From an uncultured Candidatus Bathyarchaeia archaeon (GTDB taxonomy: Archaea; Thermoproteota; Bathyarchaeia; 40CM-2-53-6; RBG-13-38-9), in the NCBI GenBank assembly GCA_964627775.1, contig CAZVKZ010000003.1, positions 2,643-39,386 on the forward strand: DNA of 36,744 nt, written 5' to 3'. The first letter of the stretch is position 1, and every line of letters begins with the position of its first letter. A program made the translations under genes and the position numbers. The notes beneath the pieces were generated by a model. That model searched no databases. It worked only from the letters and a program-made list of their open reading frames with translations, and was not told where the DNA came from. Below are positions 1-7,612 of this stretch, piece after piece.

Positions 1-92
1 TCTTCTATTTTCCGAAGAGCCATAAGTCGCGACTCAGAGGCTTCTGCCTTCTTGTCGTTGTAGCCTGATGTTTCAATAGCCCTTTGGAACAT
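1..92 (-). CDS. hypothetical protein (first ~30 codons only; gene runs off the window start)
   Basis: A minus-strand ATG at 92-90 opens a frame (MFQRAIETSGYNDKKAEASESRLMALRKIEE...) that stays open to position 1. No family recognised. Confidence 0.25.
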   Translation of the reverse strand, partial: MFQRAIETSGYNDKKAEASESRLMALRKIE

Positions 93-617
93 TATTTTAC
101 TGGCGCCTTTTGAACATCGCAAGATTGATGGTTGGGGAAACGATCTCGTGTCTCACGAGTTCCATGGGCCAGTCTCCTCGTGAATTTCTTGGACATGAAT
201 CGTCGTGTGCTTTGCGTTTCAAATGAGCCTGCGATAACTCGGGATTATGCATTATGCTTAAATATCTGTGTTTGTGTAGCACATATACACTCTCGCGAAA
301 TGTACGCCAAAAACTCAGGAGGCTGGTCAAGACGACAAACCTTGGAGATGTCTTCACAATCGCCCAGAGCATGATGACATTTCTGATAATGACGGATGTA
401 TTCTACGAGAGAATAATTCAGCACAAGTTAGTGCCGAGAATGAACCCTAACATAAGCTTGCGCGGATTGGATCGTGGTCACATCCACAAACTAGGATGCG
501 AGGAGTGTCTACATCGGAACCAAGTCAGTAAATTGCAGCCTGCTGGTTCGATCCAGGTCGAAACTTCTAAGGCAGTCAAGACCGCCCCAAAACTAGTACA
601 AGGCAGGAGGTGAAAAT

Positions 618-710
618 TTGAAACGCAAAGGATTGATCGCCGGCATCGTTGTTGCACTTGCAGCATTGACAGCTTTCGCATTCTACAAGAGATACATCAA
701 ACCATTCTGA
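618..710 (+). CDS. 30-aa single-pass membrane micro-protein (hypothetical)
   Basis: GGAGGTGA at 606-613 lies 4 nt before a TTG at 618. The frame reads MKRKGLIAGIVVALAALTAFAFYKRYIKPF*, a basic N-terminus, a 17-residue hydrophobic helix and a basic tail. A T6 run follows at 744-749. It is below the ORF-track size cut-off. Confidence 0.35.
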   Translation: MKRKGLIAGIVVALAALTAFAFYKRYIKPF

Positions 711-743
711 TGCAGTAGCTTTGACTGTGATGCTCCCTTACCC

Positions 744-749
744 TTTTTT
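744..749 (+). terminator. oligo-T tract (archaeal intrinsic terminator candidate)
   Basis: A TTTTTT run lies 34 nt after the micro-ORF stop. Archaeal RNAP terminates at runs of 5 or more T residues. Confidence 0.3.
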
Positions 750-772
750 GCCAGTATTCTCTTCTTATCTTG

Positions 773-1672
773 CTATTGCAGCCTCGAGGTTTCACGCAGG
801 TATTTGAGATAATCAGAAGTCTGCATAGTTCTCTCGCTGAGACTTCTCTCCTTCGTCAGTTTGACGAGGCGCCTCTCAATATCTGCAAAGTCCTGTTCGT
901 AGATATGGAAGCTGTTTGTGAAATCGATGTAAGCGCCTGTATTGATCTTCTCTCCAGTGAACTCGCTAACTTGCTGGGCTATGCGTTGCTGCAGTTCTGT
1001 TAATGCATACATATTCCAGAAGGCTGCCTTGTAGGCGTCTCTGGATCTCCAGCAGGTCTCCATGATAAGCTCGGAATCAATGATGCGGAACCAGACTCTC
1101 TGGAGGCAAGGGGGGTGTTCGAGACCTGGATCCACTGAAGGTTTCCAAGTTATGGCTTGTGCCCTTCGGGTGTATCCAAGAATCGAAAAGCTCTTCCCAC
1201 CCATCTCCACTTCTCTCTTCTCACACAGTTTCTTTATGACGTAGTCTATCTGATTGATTCTCTCACTATGAGAGATACTGTAATCGAAGAGACGTTCGTG
1301 ATATTCGTATGGACGTTTTCCTTCGTGGACAAAGTGATCCTCTGAGCCTTCAACCACCTCTTTGACATATTTCTCAAGGTCGCCCAGGCCCCCGCATAGG
1401 CCTCCCTTATGAATCCTAGGTTCTGAAAAAGGCTCATCCACAACCATGAGCATGGTGCAGTCTTTGCTCCATTGGTTGTACTCCGTGTAGACGGTGATGC
1501 CATCTCTCCAGGTCTTCAATACAGCCTCCTCCCAGGTGACTGGGAGATTCTTGCCTGTAACGAGAAATGCTTTCAAGTCGTTATGCTCTCCTATAACAAA
1601 TCTGTAAGGCCTAGATCCCCTCATCTCTTTGAGCAAATACTTTATGGGAGGAATAACAACTTTTTGCCACAC
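773..1672 (-). CDS. thyA: thymidylate synthase, archaeal (ThyA-family, methanogen-type)
   Basis: 299-aa ORF with ThyA motifs in the canonical order: RRAQAITWKP, catalytic Cys in PPCLQ, WRSRD (compare E. coli YQRSCD), FWNM Asn and FHIYE. GTG start at 1672; an ATG at 1624 is an alternative. Confidence 0.85.
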   Translation of the reverse strand: MWQKVVIPPIKYLLKEMRGSRPYRFVIGEHNDLKAFLVTGKNLPVTWEEAVLKTWRDGITVYTEYNQWSKDCTMLMVVDEPFSEPRIHKGGLCGGLGDLEKYVKEVVEGSEDHFVHEGKRPYEYHERLFDYSISHSERINQIDYVIKKLCEKREVEMGGKSFSILGYTRRAQAITWKPSVDPGLEHPPCLQRVWFRIIDSELIMETCWRSRDAYKAAFWNMYALTELQQRIAQQVSEFTGEKINTGAYIDFTNSFHIYEQDFADIERRLVKLTKERSLSERTMQTSDYLKYLRETSRLQ

Positions 1673-1710
1673 TCCTCAGCTAGAGGAAAGCTTCCGTTTT
1701 TTCTGGACCT

Positions 1711-2916
1711 CTAGTCTGTCCTGATCTCGGTACCGATGTGATAGTATTTTCCTCGGGAGAGTTTGACCCACTTCTGTTCTTCTCTCCAATGAAGCCTGAC
1801 ATCGATGAAACACCAGAGTTGGAGTAGAGCGTCTAGGGTTAGGAAGACCGGTATATACGGAATGAATCTGGCCTTTTTGACCTTGTACATCCCCCATACC
1901 ATGGCGATATTGTGCAGAAGGAAAGGTGAGGCTGAGAAGAATATCAGAGAGTTGTTAAGATCAGAGAGGAGATGATTCCTGACTAGGATCCCCAAGAATA
2001 GTAGGAGCGATAATATAGCTGTTATCTGAATTCCTTGTGGTAGTGAGCCGATTATCCTGTCAGATCTTCTAGTTTTGCCGATGACCTCCTTCGATTTGAA
2101 TGAGTACCATCGCCTCCTCTGTCGCACGTATTCGTCTATGCCCTCGACCTCTTCTTGCCAGACGTTTGCATCAGTGACTGCAACCTTCCAGCCTTTCTGG
2201 TGTATCTTCACGCTGAGCTCTAGGTCTTCGAGAAGGCTTCTGCCGTGGCTTCTTCCAATGTCTGACCATGTGCTTCTTCTTAGGGCATAGTTGCACCCAC
2301 ACAGCGGTTGGAAGTTTGATATTCTTATTTTGCCGTCTCTGCCCGTGTACGCTATGTTGTTCCACCATTCATCTTCTACTGCTCTCAGTCTTGTGAAGAA
2401 GTTCTTGTGCCAATTTCCGCAGTGTGTTATCCCGGAGGCGGCTCCAACCTTCGGGTCGATGAAGGGTTGGACTATCTTCTTGACCCAATCCTTCTCGCAT
2501 ACGCCGTCAGGATCTGTGAGCGCTACTATTTCCCCCGTTGCTTCTTTCTCGATTGCCTCATCAAGTACTGGGGCTTTCCTGTCGTAAGCTTGCTTTGGTC
2601 TGTAGTATTTGATGAGTTTCTTTTCTTCATAACGTTGACAGATGTAGAGGGTCTCATCGGTGGAGTTGTTGTCATAGATTATGATCTCAAGCTTTTCATC
2701 GGGGTAGTCTTGGCTGAGAAAATTCTCAATCTTTCGCTCGATTATGTTTCCAGATTGCCATGCATAGGCCATCGCGGTGACTCGTGGAAAATACTGTATT
2801 TGCCTCGACGGTGTCTTGGAATTCCAAACCAAAAACATATAGTAGAAGGATAGTAGGAGAAGTAGCACTATAGCTATGATGTTTGGGGCCGAGGCTAGAC
2901 TGTAAGAGAAGCCCAA
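1711..2916 (-). CDS. membrane-embedded family-2 glycosyltransferase, processive synthase type (QxxRW)
   Basis: 401 aa. It has an N-terminal TM helix and a GT-A core with YDNNSTDET, LTDPDG (DxD), EDLELS and QRRRW. Several C-terminal TM helices follow. This is the cellulose/chitin/hyaluronan-synthase-like architecture. Confidence 0.9.
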   Translation of the reverse strand: MGFSYSLASAPNIIAIVLLLLLSFYYMFLVWNSKTPSRQIQYFPRVTAMAYAWQSGNIIERKIENFLSQDYPDEKLEIIIYDNNSTDETLYICQRYEEKKLIKYYRPKQAYDRKAPVLDEAIEKEATGEIVALTDPDGVCEKDWVKKIVQPFIDPKVGAASGITHCGNWHKNFFTRLRAVEDEWWNNIAYTGRDGKIRISNFQPLCGCNYALRRSTWSDIGRSHGRSLLEDLELSVKIHQKGWKVAVTDANVWQEEVEGIDEYVRQRRRWYSFKSKEVIGKTRRSDRIIGSLPQGIQITAILSLLLFLGILVRNHLLSDLNNSLIFFSASPFLLHNIAMVWGMYKVKKARFIPYIPVFLTLDALLQLWCFIDVRLHWREEQKWVKLSRGKYYHIGTEIRTD

Positions 2917-2950
2917 TCGAGACGTCTGGCCGTAGCTATTATGCGTTCGT

Positions 2951-2958
2951 TATTTATC
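2951..2958 (-). promoter_or_regulatory. TATA-box candidate for the GT2 gene
   Basis: The minus strand reads GATAAATA about 38 nt upstream of the ATG at 2916. Confidence 0.3.
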
Positions 2959-3020
2959 GTTATCCAGAGCTATCCATTTCGCTACATGATGTCTAATGTC
3001 ATTAAGCGTCATCACTACGC

Positions 3021-3027
3021 ATAAATA
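3021..3027 (+). promoter_or_regulatory. TATA-box candidate for the 3063 membrane-protein gene
   Basis: ATAAATA lies about 39 nt upstream of the TTG start at 3063. Confidence 0.3.
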
Positions 3028-3062
3028 CGTAGTTACTTGAGAATTAGTAGTCGCTGGCTAAC

Positions 3063-3611
3063 TTGAATCCACCAAGACTCAGGCTTAGAATGCTCGACAT
3101 CATGACTTCAATGGTCTTCGGCGTTGCCGCGGGGATCCTAGCTTCAGTACTGGAGAGAGTGGACGCCGCAATGACGGGGGGTAACGCAACCCCATTAGGG
3201 TACTCAAATACTTATGCTTGGATTCTGATCTCCGCATATCTTTACGGACCCCTCGGCGCATTGATCACTACAGAAGTCCAAGCGCTAATAGGTCTTTTGA
3301 CCGCTGCAAACCCACTCTCTTGGCTTTGGCCTATTGTAAACGCTTTTTTTGCGGTTGTAGCTGGTTCGACGGCTGTGGCAATACAGAGAATCCGTCCTGA
3401 GACATCAACTAGAACACGGATGATAATCATGAGTGTTGCCCTAGCTTTTCTCGACATCCCCGCAGTGTACTTTGTGGTGATAATGGTCTTGCGTCTGCCT
3501 ATGATCGCATACTACTTGGCTTTACCAATGTATTTTGGCCTTCAACTGGTTCCGTCAACACTTCTTGCCTACTTGCTCTTGAGAGCCTTGAGTCAAGTTT
3601 TGAAGATCTAA
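3063..3611 (+). CDS. polytopic membrane protein, unknown function
   Basis: 182-aa ORF with 5-6 hydrophobic helices (MVFGVAAGILASVL, WILISAYLYGPLGALI, LWPIVNAFFAVVAGSTAVAI, IIMSVALAFLDIPAVYFVVIMVL, LALPMYFGLQLVPSTLLAYLLL). No family confidently recognised. Confidence 0.7.
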   Translation: MNPPRLRLRMLDIMTSMVFGVAAGILASVLERVDAAMTGGNATPLGYSNTYAWILISAYLYGPLGALITTEVQALIGLLTAANPLSWLWPIVNAFFAVVAGSTAVAIQRIRPETSTRTRMIIMSVALAFLDIPAVYFVVIMVLRLPMIAYYLALPMYFGLQLVPSTLLAYLLLRALSQVLKI

Positions 3612-3695
3612 AGTATTCGAGGTTCGCGTTTTCGGAGGTCATCATACTCGCTTATGCTATTCTAACCTTGAAAGCAGGTCTTCATAGTGATTACC

Positions 3696-3970
3696 ATGCT
3701 TGATCCTGTCACGGTGGGTCACATATTGATGGATATTCGTGTTCAGGTGGATCACTATCTTAGGCCTGAAACAATCTTCAACACCCTCCATGGCGTAGGA
3801 CCCCAGGTTGTGATTCTTATAGGGGCCGGCGACGTAGTTCGCCTCTGATATAAGGGGTTTTTCAGGTTCCTCCTCATCGTGTCAGGGTCGTTGACACTAC
3901 TGGAGTTGGAGATGCTTCTTCAGCAGGCTTCATCACAGCCCATCTGAGAAACTCGGTGCCGACTGTATAG
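3696..3970 (+). pseudogene. PfkB/ribokinase-family carbohydrate kinase remnant (internal deletion plus frameshift)
   Basis: The frame from the ATG at 3696 reads MLDPVTVGHILMDIRVQVDHYLRPE..., the PfkB N-terminal strand motif. It then jumps to ..PQVVILIGAGDVVRL and stops at 3846. A second frame (3854-3970) reads FQVPPHRVRVVDTTGVGDASSAGFITAHL, the PfkB DTxGAGD signature. About 275 bp survive, compared with about 900 bp for an intact gene. Confidence 0.5.
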
Positions 3971-4035
3971 TTTTCAATTGCATCGGCACCTATCTCTAGC
4001 CTTGTTCTAGTAGCATAGGCTACGATTTGAGGGCT

Positions 4036-4048
4036 TAATTTTTAAATT
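4036..4048 (+). promoter_or_regulatory. A/T-rich TATA-box candidate upstream of the FxLYD/PEF-CTERM gene
   Basis: TTAATTTTTAAATT is followed by AGGAGG (4049-4054) and TTG starts at 4068 and 4071. Confidence 0.35.
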
Positions 4049-4067
4049 AGGAGGCGGGTTACCAATA

Positions 4068-4946
4068 TTGTTGGATTTAGACTTGGGTCCGTTGAGTCGC
4101 ATAGGGCTGTTGCTAGTCCTGATATATAGTGCCTCGACTCTCCTAGCTACTTCTGACGTAAGAGCGACAGGTCGTGTAGCTATCCACGATAATCTTTCGA
4201 CGTACTACGACAACTCAGGTTACTTGCATGTGGTAGGAGAAGTCGAGAATGTCGGTGATAGTGACATTAGTTTCGTTAGACTTACGGCAAGTTTCTATGA
4301 CAGCAACGATACAATTGTCGGCACAGACTTTACTTATGCCATGCTGGACATACTTCCTCCCAAGACGAAGTCTCCCTTTGAAATCACTCTATCTGACCGC
4401 AAGATAGCCCGCAAAGTTGACCACGTCAGAGTCGTCGGTGCGTTCCAGGAAACGCTGCAGAAGCTTTCACGAACGCTGCTAATACCGTCGCACAGTAGCC
4501 ATACTGACAGTTTAGGTTATCTCAATATTGTTGGAGAAATCAAGAACAACGGAACACAACCATCGACTTACACAAAGATAGTGGTTACCTGCTACGATAA
4601 CAGCGGAAAAGTTGTGGCCGTTGACTTCTCGTACATTGATCCTAAGAACCTCAACCATGGTCAAAGGGCCCCCTTTAAGATGACTATTGATAAAGATCGG
4701 AGTAGTCAAGTAGCCAAGTACGAGTTGCTAGTTGAGAGCAATGAAGCAATCCTTATCCCAGAGTTTACATCTATCCTTCCGCTCTTAACCTTAGTCTGCC
4801 TCTTGGCACTGACGATATTGCGAAAACGGAGAGGCCATTTTTTGATATCCCACAACCGACATACCGAACGATGTTGTTTAAGCCGTTCCTTTAGAGACCC
4901 TCTCGGCAAGTTTTATCTTTTGATTCAGCAGAATCACTCTCAGTGA
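4068..4946 (+). CDS. secreted surface protein with two tandem FxLYD-like domains and a PEF-CTERM sorting signal
   Basis: It has a signal-peptide-like N-terminus (RIGLLLVLIYSASTLLATSDVRA). Two paralogous ~110-aa modules are present (GYLHVVGEVENVGD...LTASFYDSNDTIVG and GYLNIVGEIKNNGT...VVTCYDNSGKVVA). They are followed by IPEF plus a hydrophobic helix plus RKRR, which is the PEF-CTERM pattern. The ORF then continues 40 further codons (see findings). Confidence 0.8.
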   Translation: MLDLDLGPLSRIGLLLVLIYSASTLLATSDVRATGRVAIHDNLSTYYDNSGYLHVVGEVENVGDSDISFVRLTASFYDSNDTIVGTDFTYAMLDILPPKTKSPFEITLSDRKIARKVDHVRVVGAFQETLQKLSRTLLIPSHSSHTDSLGYLNIVGEIKNNGTQPSTYTKIVVTCYDNSGKVVAVDFSYIDPKNLNHGQRAPFKMTIDKDRSSQVAKYELLVESNEAILIPEFTSILPLLTLVCLLALTILRKRRGHFLISHNRHTERCCLSRSFRDPLGKFYLLIQQNHSQ

Positions 4947-4951
4947 TTGAA

Positions 4952-5284
4952 ATGTCATTCTGCTCAGGGTGCGGTGCGGCCCTTCCTCAAGAAGCCACCT
5001 ACTGTTGGAGTTGTGGCTCAAAGGTTTCAAAAGCGGAACCTGGAGTCAGGCGTGAGGAGTTTGAGGTCTCAGGGAGCCAGTTGCTAGATAATGTGAAGGA
5101 GCTGATCCATGAAGGAAACATTCGACGAATTGTGATCAAACAGAATAACATGACCCTGATTGAGATCCCCTTAACCATTGCCGTGGTTGGGGCGTTTCTA
5201 GCTCCGATCTTGGCTGCTGTTGGAGCCCTTGCAGCCCTAGTGACAAACTGTACGATTACGGTTGAGAGAGTAGAGAGTACCTGA
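4952..5284 (+). CDS. zinc-ribbon / DUF4342-like small protein with a C-terminal hydrophobic helix
   Basis: MSFCSGCG...CWSCG forms an N-terminal zinc ribbon. Next comes NIRRIVIKQNNMTLIEIPLT (DUF4342-like) and the helix AVVGAFLAPILAAVGALAALV. ATG at 4952; the ORF track starts at a GTG at 4943. Confidence 0.7.
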   Translation: MSFCSGCGAALPQEATYCWSCGSKVSKAEPGVRREEFEVSGSQLLDNVKELIHEGNIRRIVIKQNNMTLIEIPLTIAVVGAFLAPILAAVGALAALVTNCTITVERVEST

Positions 5285-5352
5285 CTCCCTCGAATAAGTC
5301 AGCCTGTCCAACTCCTTACGGCACACATCTGAGTCTGCTAGCCTTGTCCATT

Positions 5353-6873
5353 TCATGCAGACTCTTTCCCAGATGCCGCTCTGACGTATTCTGAAGCTAT
5401 TTGCTGAGCCAACCTTGCGACCTCGACCCCAGACCGGCCTAGGATCGTGATCATGGGCTCCTTGCCCCAGTCGCCTCTATGAAAGATTATGTCTGGAACC
5501 CGATCAATCTCCTTGATAGCTTGCTCGGCGCCCCAACTTGCTGTCCTCCCTTCCACAGACTTGATTTCAGGCGGCTCTCGCGCTCTATCATAGGATGATA
5601 AAGTAAGTTTCAGTCTCTCGCAAATTCGCAGTATGTCATCTGAGAATCTAATGTTCATTGCAGCTCTAAAAGTAGGATCATGCCTGTTGGCTACGAGAAC
5701 TGTTGCAGCAACGTGCCCGGACGATCCGAACTCTGGCTGCGCTGACGCACGTGCTTGCTTGCCGATCCTTACTATTCTTCCCGGTATAGCCGCTACATCC
5801 TCTGGACCCCTAGGATTCGAAAGTGACATCGCAAGGTTTGTCTGCGACTCAGGCATGAGGCGGTAGAAGTTCGGGTCTATCTCAAGAATACTCACGGCCT
5901 CTGAGATGCTCCGAAGTACGGAATATCTCTCAGCCTCCCTGTAGAGGCCAGCCAAAGGGTTGACGGGCCCATGCCCCCTTCCAAGCTTGAGGCCAAATCT
6001 TATCGCGTCTGTCACAAGTTCCTTTGCCGATGCGACTGCTTCGCTGATCTTTTTGCCTTTTGCCATCTCCGCTGCGATGGCAGCCGAAAAGGTGCAACCT
6101 GTTCCATGGGTTGTATTCGTGTTGAGACGTTCAGCCTCAAGCCTCTTTACGGCCCCATCGACGTAGAGTATGTCAATGACTCGCTCTCCCGGAATGTGAC
6201 CACCCTTAACTACCACGGCCTCGACACCAAGCGCCGATATCTTTCTTGCCGCCACCACAGCATCATCATGAGACTTGATCCTAAGTTCTGAGAGAGCCTC
6301 GGCTTCCGGAACATTCGGGGTCACAACCTTAGCCAAGGGAAGGAGCTTGCTCTTCATGGATTCGACAGCATCCGGTTCAAGAAGGGTTGCTCCGCTCTTT
6401 GCCACCATCACAGGATCTACAACAGTTGAAAAACCATGTTTTCTGATCGCTTCTGCAACAGCCTCTATTATCTCAGAGGTGTGGAGCATTCCCGTCTTTG
6501 CGGCATCGACACCTATGTCCTCGACAACAGCGTCTATCTGAGCCCTAACAATGTCGGGGGAAACGTCTTGAACTGCGTCAACCCTCAAAGTATTCTGTGC
6601 AGTCACTGAGGTTACAGCGCTCATGCCGTGGACCCCCAAAGCAGCGAAGGTTTTAAGATCCGCCTCTATTCCAGCACCGCCTCCAGAGTCAGAACCGGCG
6701 ATAGTCAATGCTCTTGGGAGTTGCTTGCTTGACGGATAGCTCAAAGACTTCATCTTGTCGCCCAGCTTACTAGCTAGTAAGTTAACGTGGCCAATATGAA
6801 TCTTGGAACCGGCCGCCCAAGCCAAGGCGCGTAAGCCACAACAATGTGATAACAGATCATGCCTACTAGCCAT
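5353..6873 (-). CDS. thiDN: bifunctional hydroxymethylpyrimidine/phosphomethylpyrimidine kinase (ThiD) fused to thiamine-phosphate synthase ThiN
   Basis: The ThiD core is [21 protein letters not shown]...[10 protein letters not shown]. The C-terminal ThiN domain is ESQTNLAM...AIPGRI...FGSSGHVA. Homology begins near the internal ATG at 6753 (MKSLSYP...). The 40-codon extension to 6873 is uncertain. Confidence 0.9.
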   Translation of the reverse strand: MASRHDLLSHCCGLRALAWAAGSKIHIGHVNLLASKLGDKMKSLSYPSSKQLPRALTIAGSDSGGGAGIEADLKTFAALGVHGMSAVTSVTAQNTLRVDAVQDVSPDIVRAQIDAVVEDIGVDAAKTGMLHTSEIIEAVAEAIRKHGFSTVVDPVMVAKSGATLLEPDAVESMKSKLLPLAKVVTPNVPEAEALSELRIKSHDDAVVAARKISALGVEAVVVKGGHIPGERVIDILYVDGAVKRLEAERLNTNTTHGTGCTFSAAIAAEMAKGKKISEAVASAKELVTDAIRFGLKLGRGHGPVNPLAGLYREAERYSVLRSISEAVSILEIDPNFYRLMPESQTNLAMSLSNPRGPEDVAAIPGRIVRIGKQARASAQPEFGSSGHVAATVLVANRHDPTFRAAMNIRFSDDILRICERLKLTLSSYDRAREPPEIKSVEGRTASWGAEQAIKEIDRVPDIIFHRGDWGKEPMITILGRSGVEVARLAQQIASEYVRAASGKESA

Positions 6874-6910
6874 GCTCCAACGGCGCGGATGTTAAACCCC
6901 CTCGACACTA

Positions 6911-7377
6911 TTATAGTCCTCCGATCTTGTAGAGTTCTTCGATCACATATCTTCTACGCTTGGTGAGCAGGTGGTTGATGACCACTATCAATAGAGGAAC
7001 GCCGATTATATGGCAATGCAGATAATTGTGAATACAACAATCCACAAGGTCGAGTTTGAGCAGTTGATCGTTGCAGGATATGACCCGCGTGTGCCAAAAG
7101 AGGGGCTGACCGTGCCCATGGTTGGGATGCCATATTCGCTGCCAATAGCGTTGCCCACCATCTCCGCCAGGAAGGCGTCCTGAAGGCTTAGGGCTGGCAC
7201 AAGTAATACACCAGCCAATAGGACGAGCAGCCCAACACCTAGACTGGACCATAGTGCAAGATAGTCGATCAAGACAAGATACCTTGACTCTGGCTTTACA
7301 GGCTCTATCCCCCATTCAAGCGGCGCATGAGGCTTTGGGAGACTAGGACTCCATCTGTTGGTGCAGACTACCTGCAA
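6911..7377 (-). pseudogene. NCS1 (cytosine/purine/HMP, CytX-like) permease remnant
   Basis: The frame from 7377 reads GIEPVKPESRYL..LALWSSLGVGLLVLLAGVLL..LSLQDAFLAEMVGNAIG..YGIPTMGTVSPSFGTRGS. This is an NCS1 N-terminal signature (TM1-2 plus the SFG.RGS loop) and stops at 7006. Another frame ends IIGVPLLIVVINHLLTKRRRY at 6911, resembling a last TM helix. About 0.5 kb is present where 1.3 kb or more is expected. Confidence 0.5.
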
Positions 7378-7412
7378 GGAGGCCAGATGGATCGACTAAG
7401 GAGTAGGCTCAA

Positions 7413-7508
7413 CATCTTTCCTCCTCCGGCATTATCCAGATCAGGTTGAAGGAGTCGATGGAGTTGCAAGCCATCCTCTCGGCTGGATCTACCCAGCTCC
7501 CCGATCCA
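7413..7508 (-). promoter_or_regulatory. TPP (thiamine pyrophosphate) riboswitch, THI-box aptamer with embedded SD and AUG
   Basis: The minus-strand RNA reads UGGAUCGGGGAGCUGGGUAGAUCCAGCCGAGAGGAUGGCUUGCAACUCCAUCGACUCCUUCAACCUGAUCUGGAUAAUGCCGGAGGAGGAAAGAUG. It contains the near-invariant ACCUGAUCUGGAUAAUGCC box. GGGGAG pairs with CUCCUU (P2) and GCUGG with CCAGC (P3). CGAGA stands in place of the UGAGA bulge. GGAGGAGG plus an AUG at 7415 lie at the 3' end. The genomic context is thiamine-related (permease remnant, then thiDN). Confidence 0.75.
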
Positions 7509-7612
7509 AACTAACCTACGAACCTTGAACTATGTGAGGCTTCATTCTGTCATCGAAGGCCACACGGCCTATTCTAATGAACATCCCACGTTAAAGCAAT
7601 TGAATCATGGTC

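Noticed and set aside
371-386. ATGATGA followed by CTGA, resembling C and D' boxes of a C/D sRNA
   Set aside because: The boxes are only 5 nt apart, whereas archaeal guides need about 12 nt. No C'/D pair follows.
545-554. GGTTCGATCC T-loop-like motif, suggestive of a tRNA or tRNA fragment
   Set aside because: Flanking bases cannot form a 5-bp T-stem; only CTGG/CCAG with a 6-nt loop is possible. No acceptor, D or anticodon arms can be drawn, so this is not a tRNA gene.
6754-6873. 40-codon N-terminal extension of thiDN ([22 protein letters not shown]...)
   Set aside because: It was not rejected outright. ThiD homology starts only at the ATG at 6753 and the extension looks non-proteinaceous. 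A TATAATA-like element about 35-40 nt upstream of 6873 keeps the longer start possible, so the full ORF is listed with a caveat.
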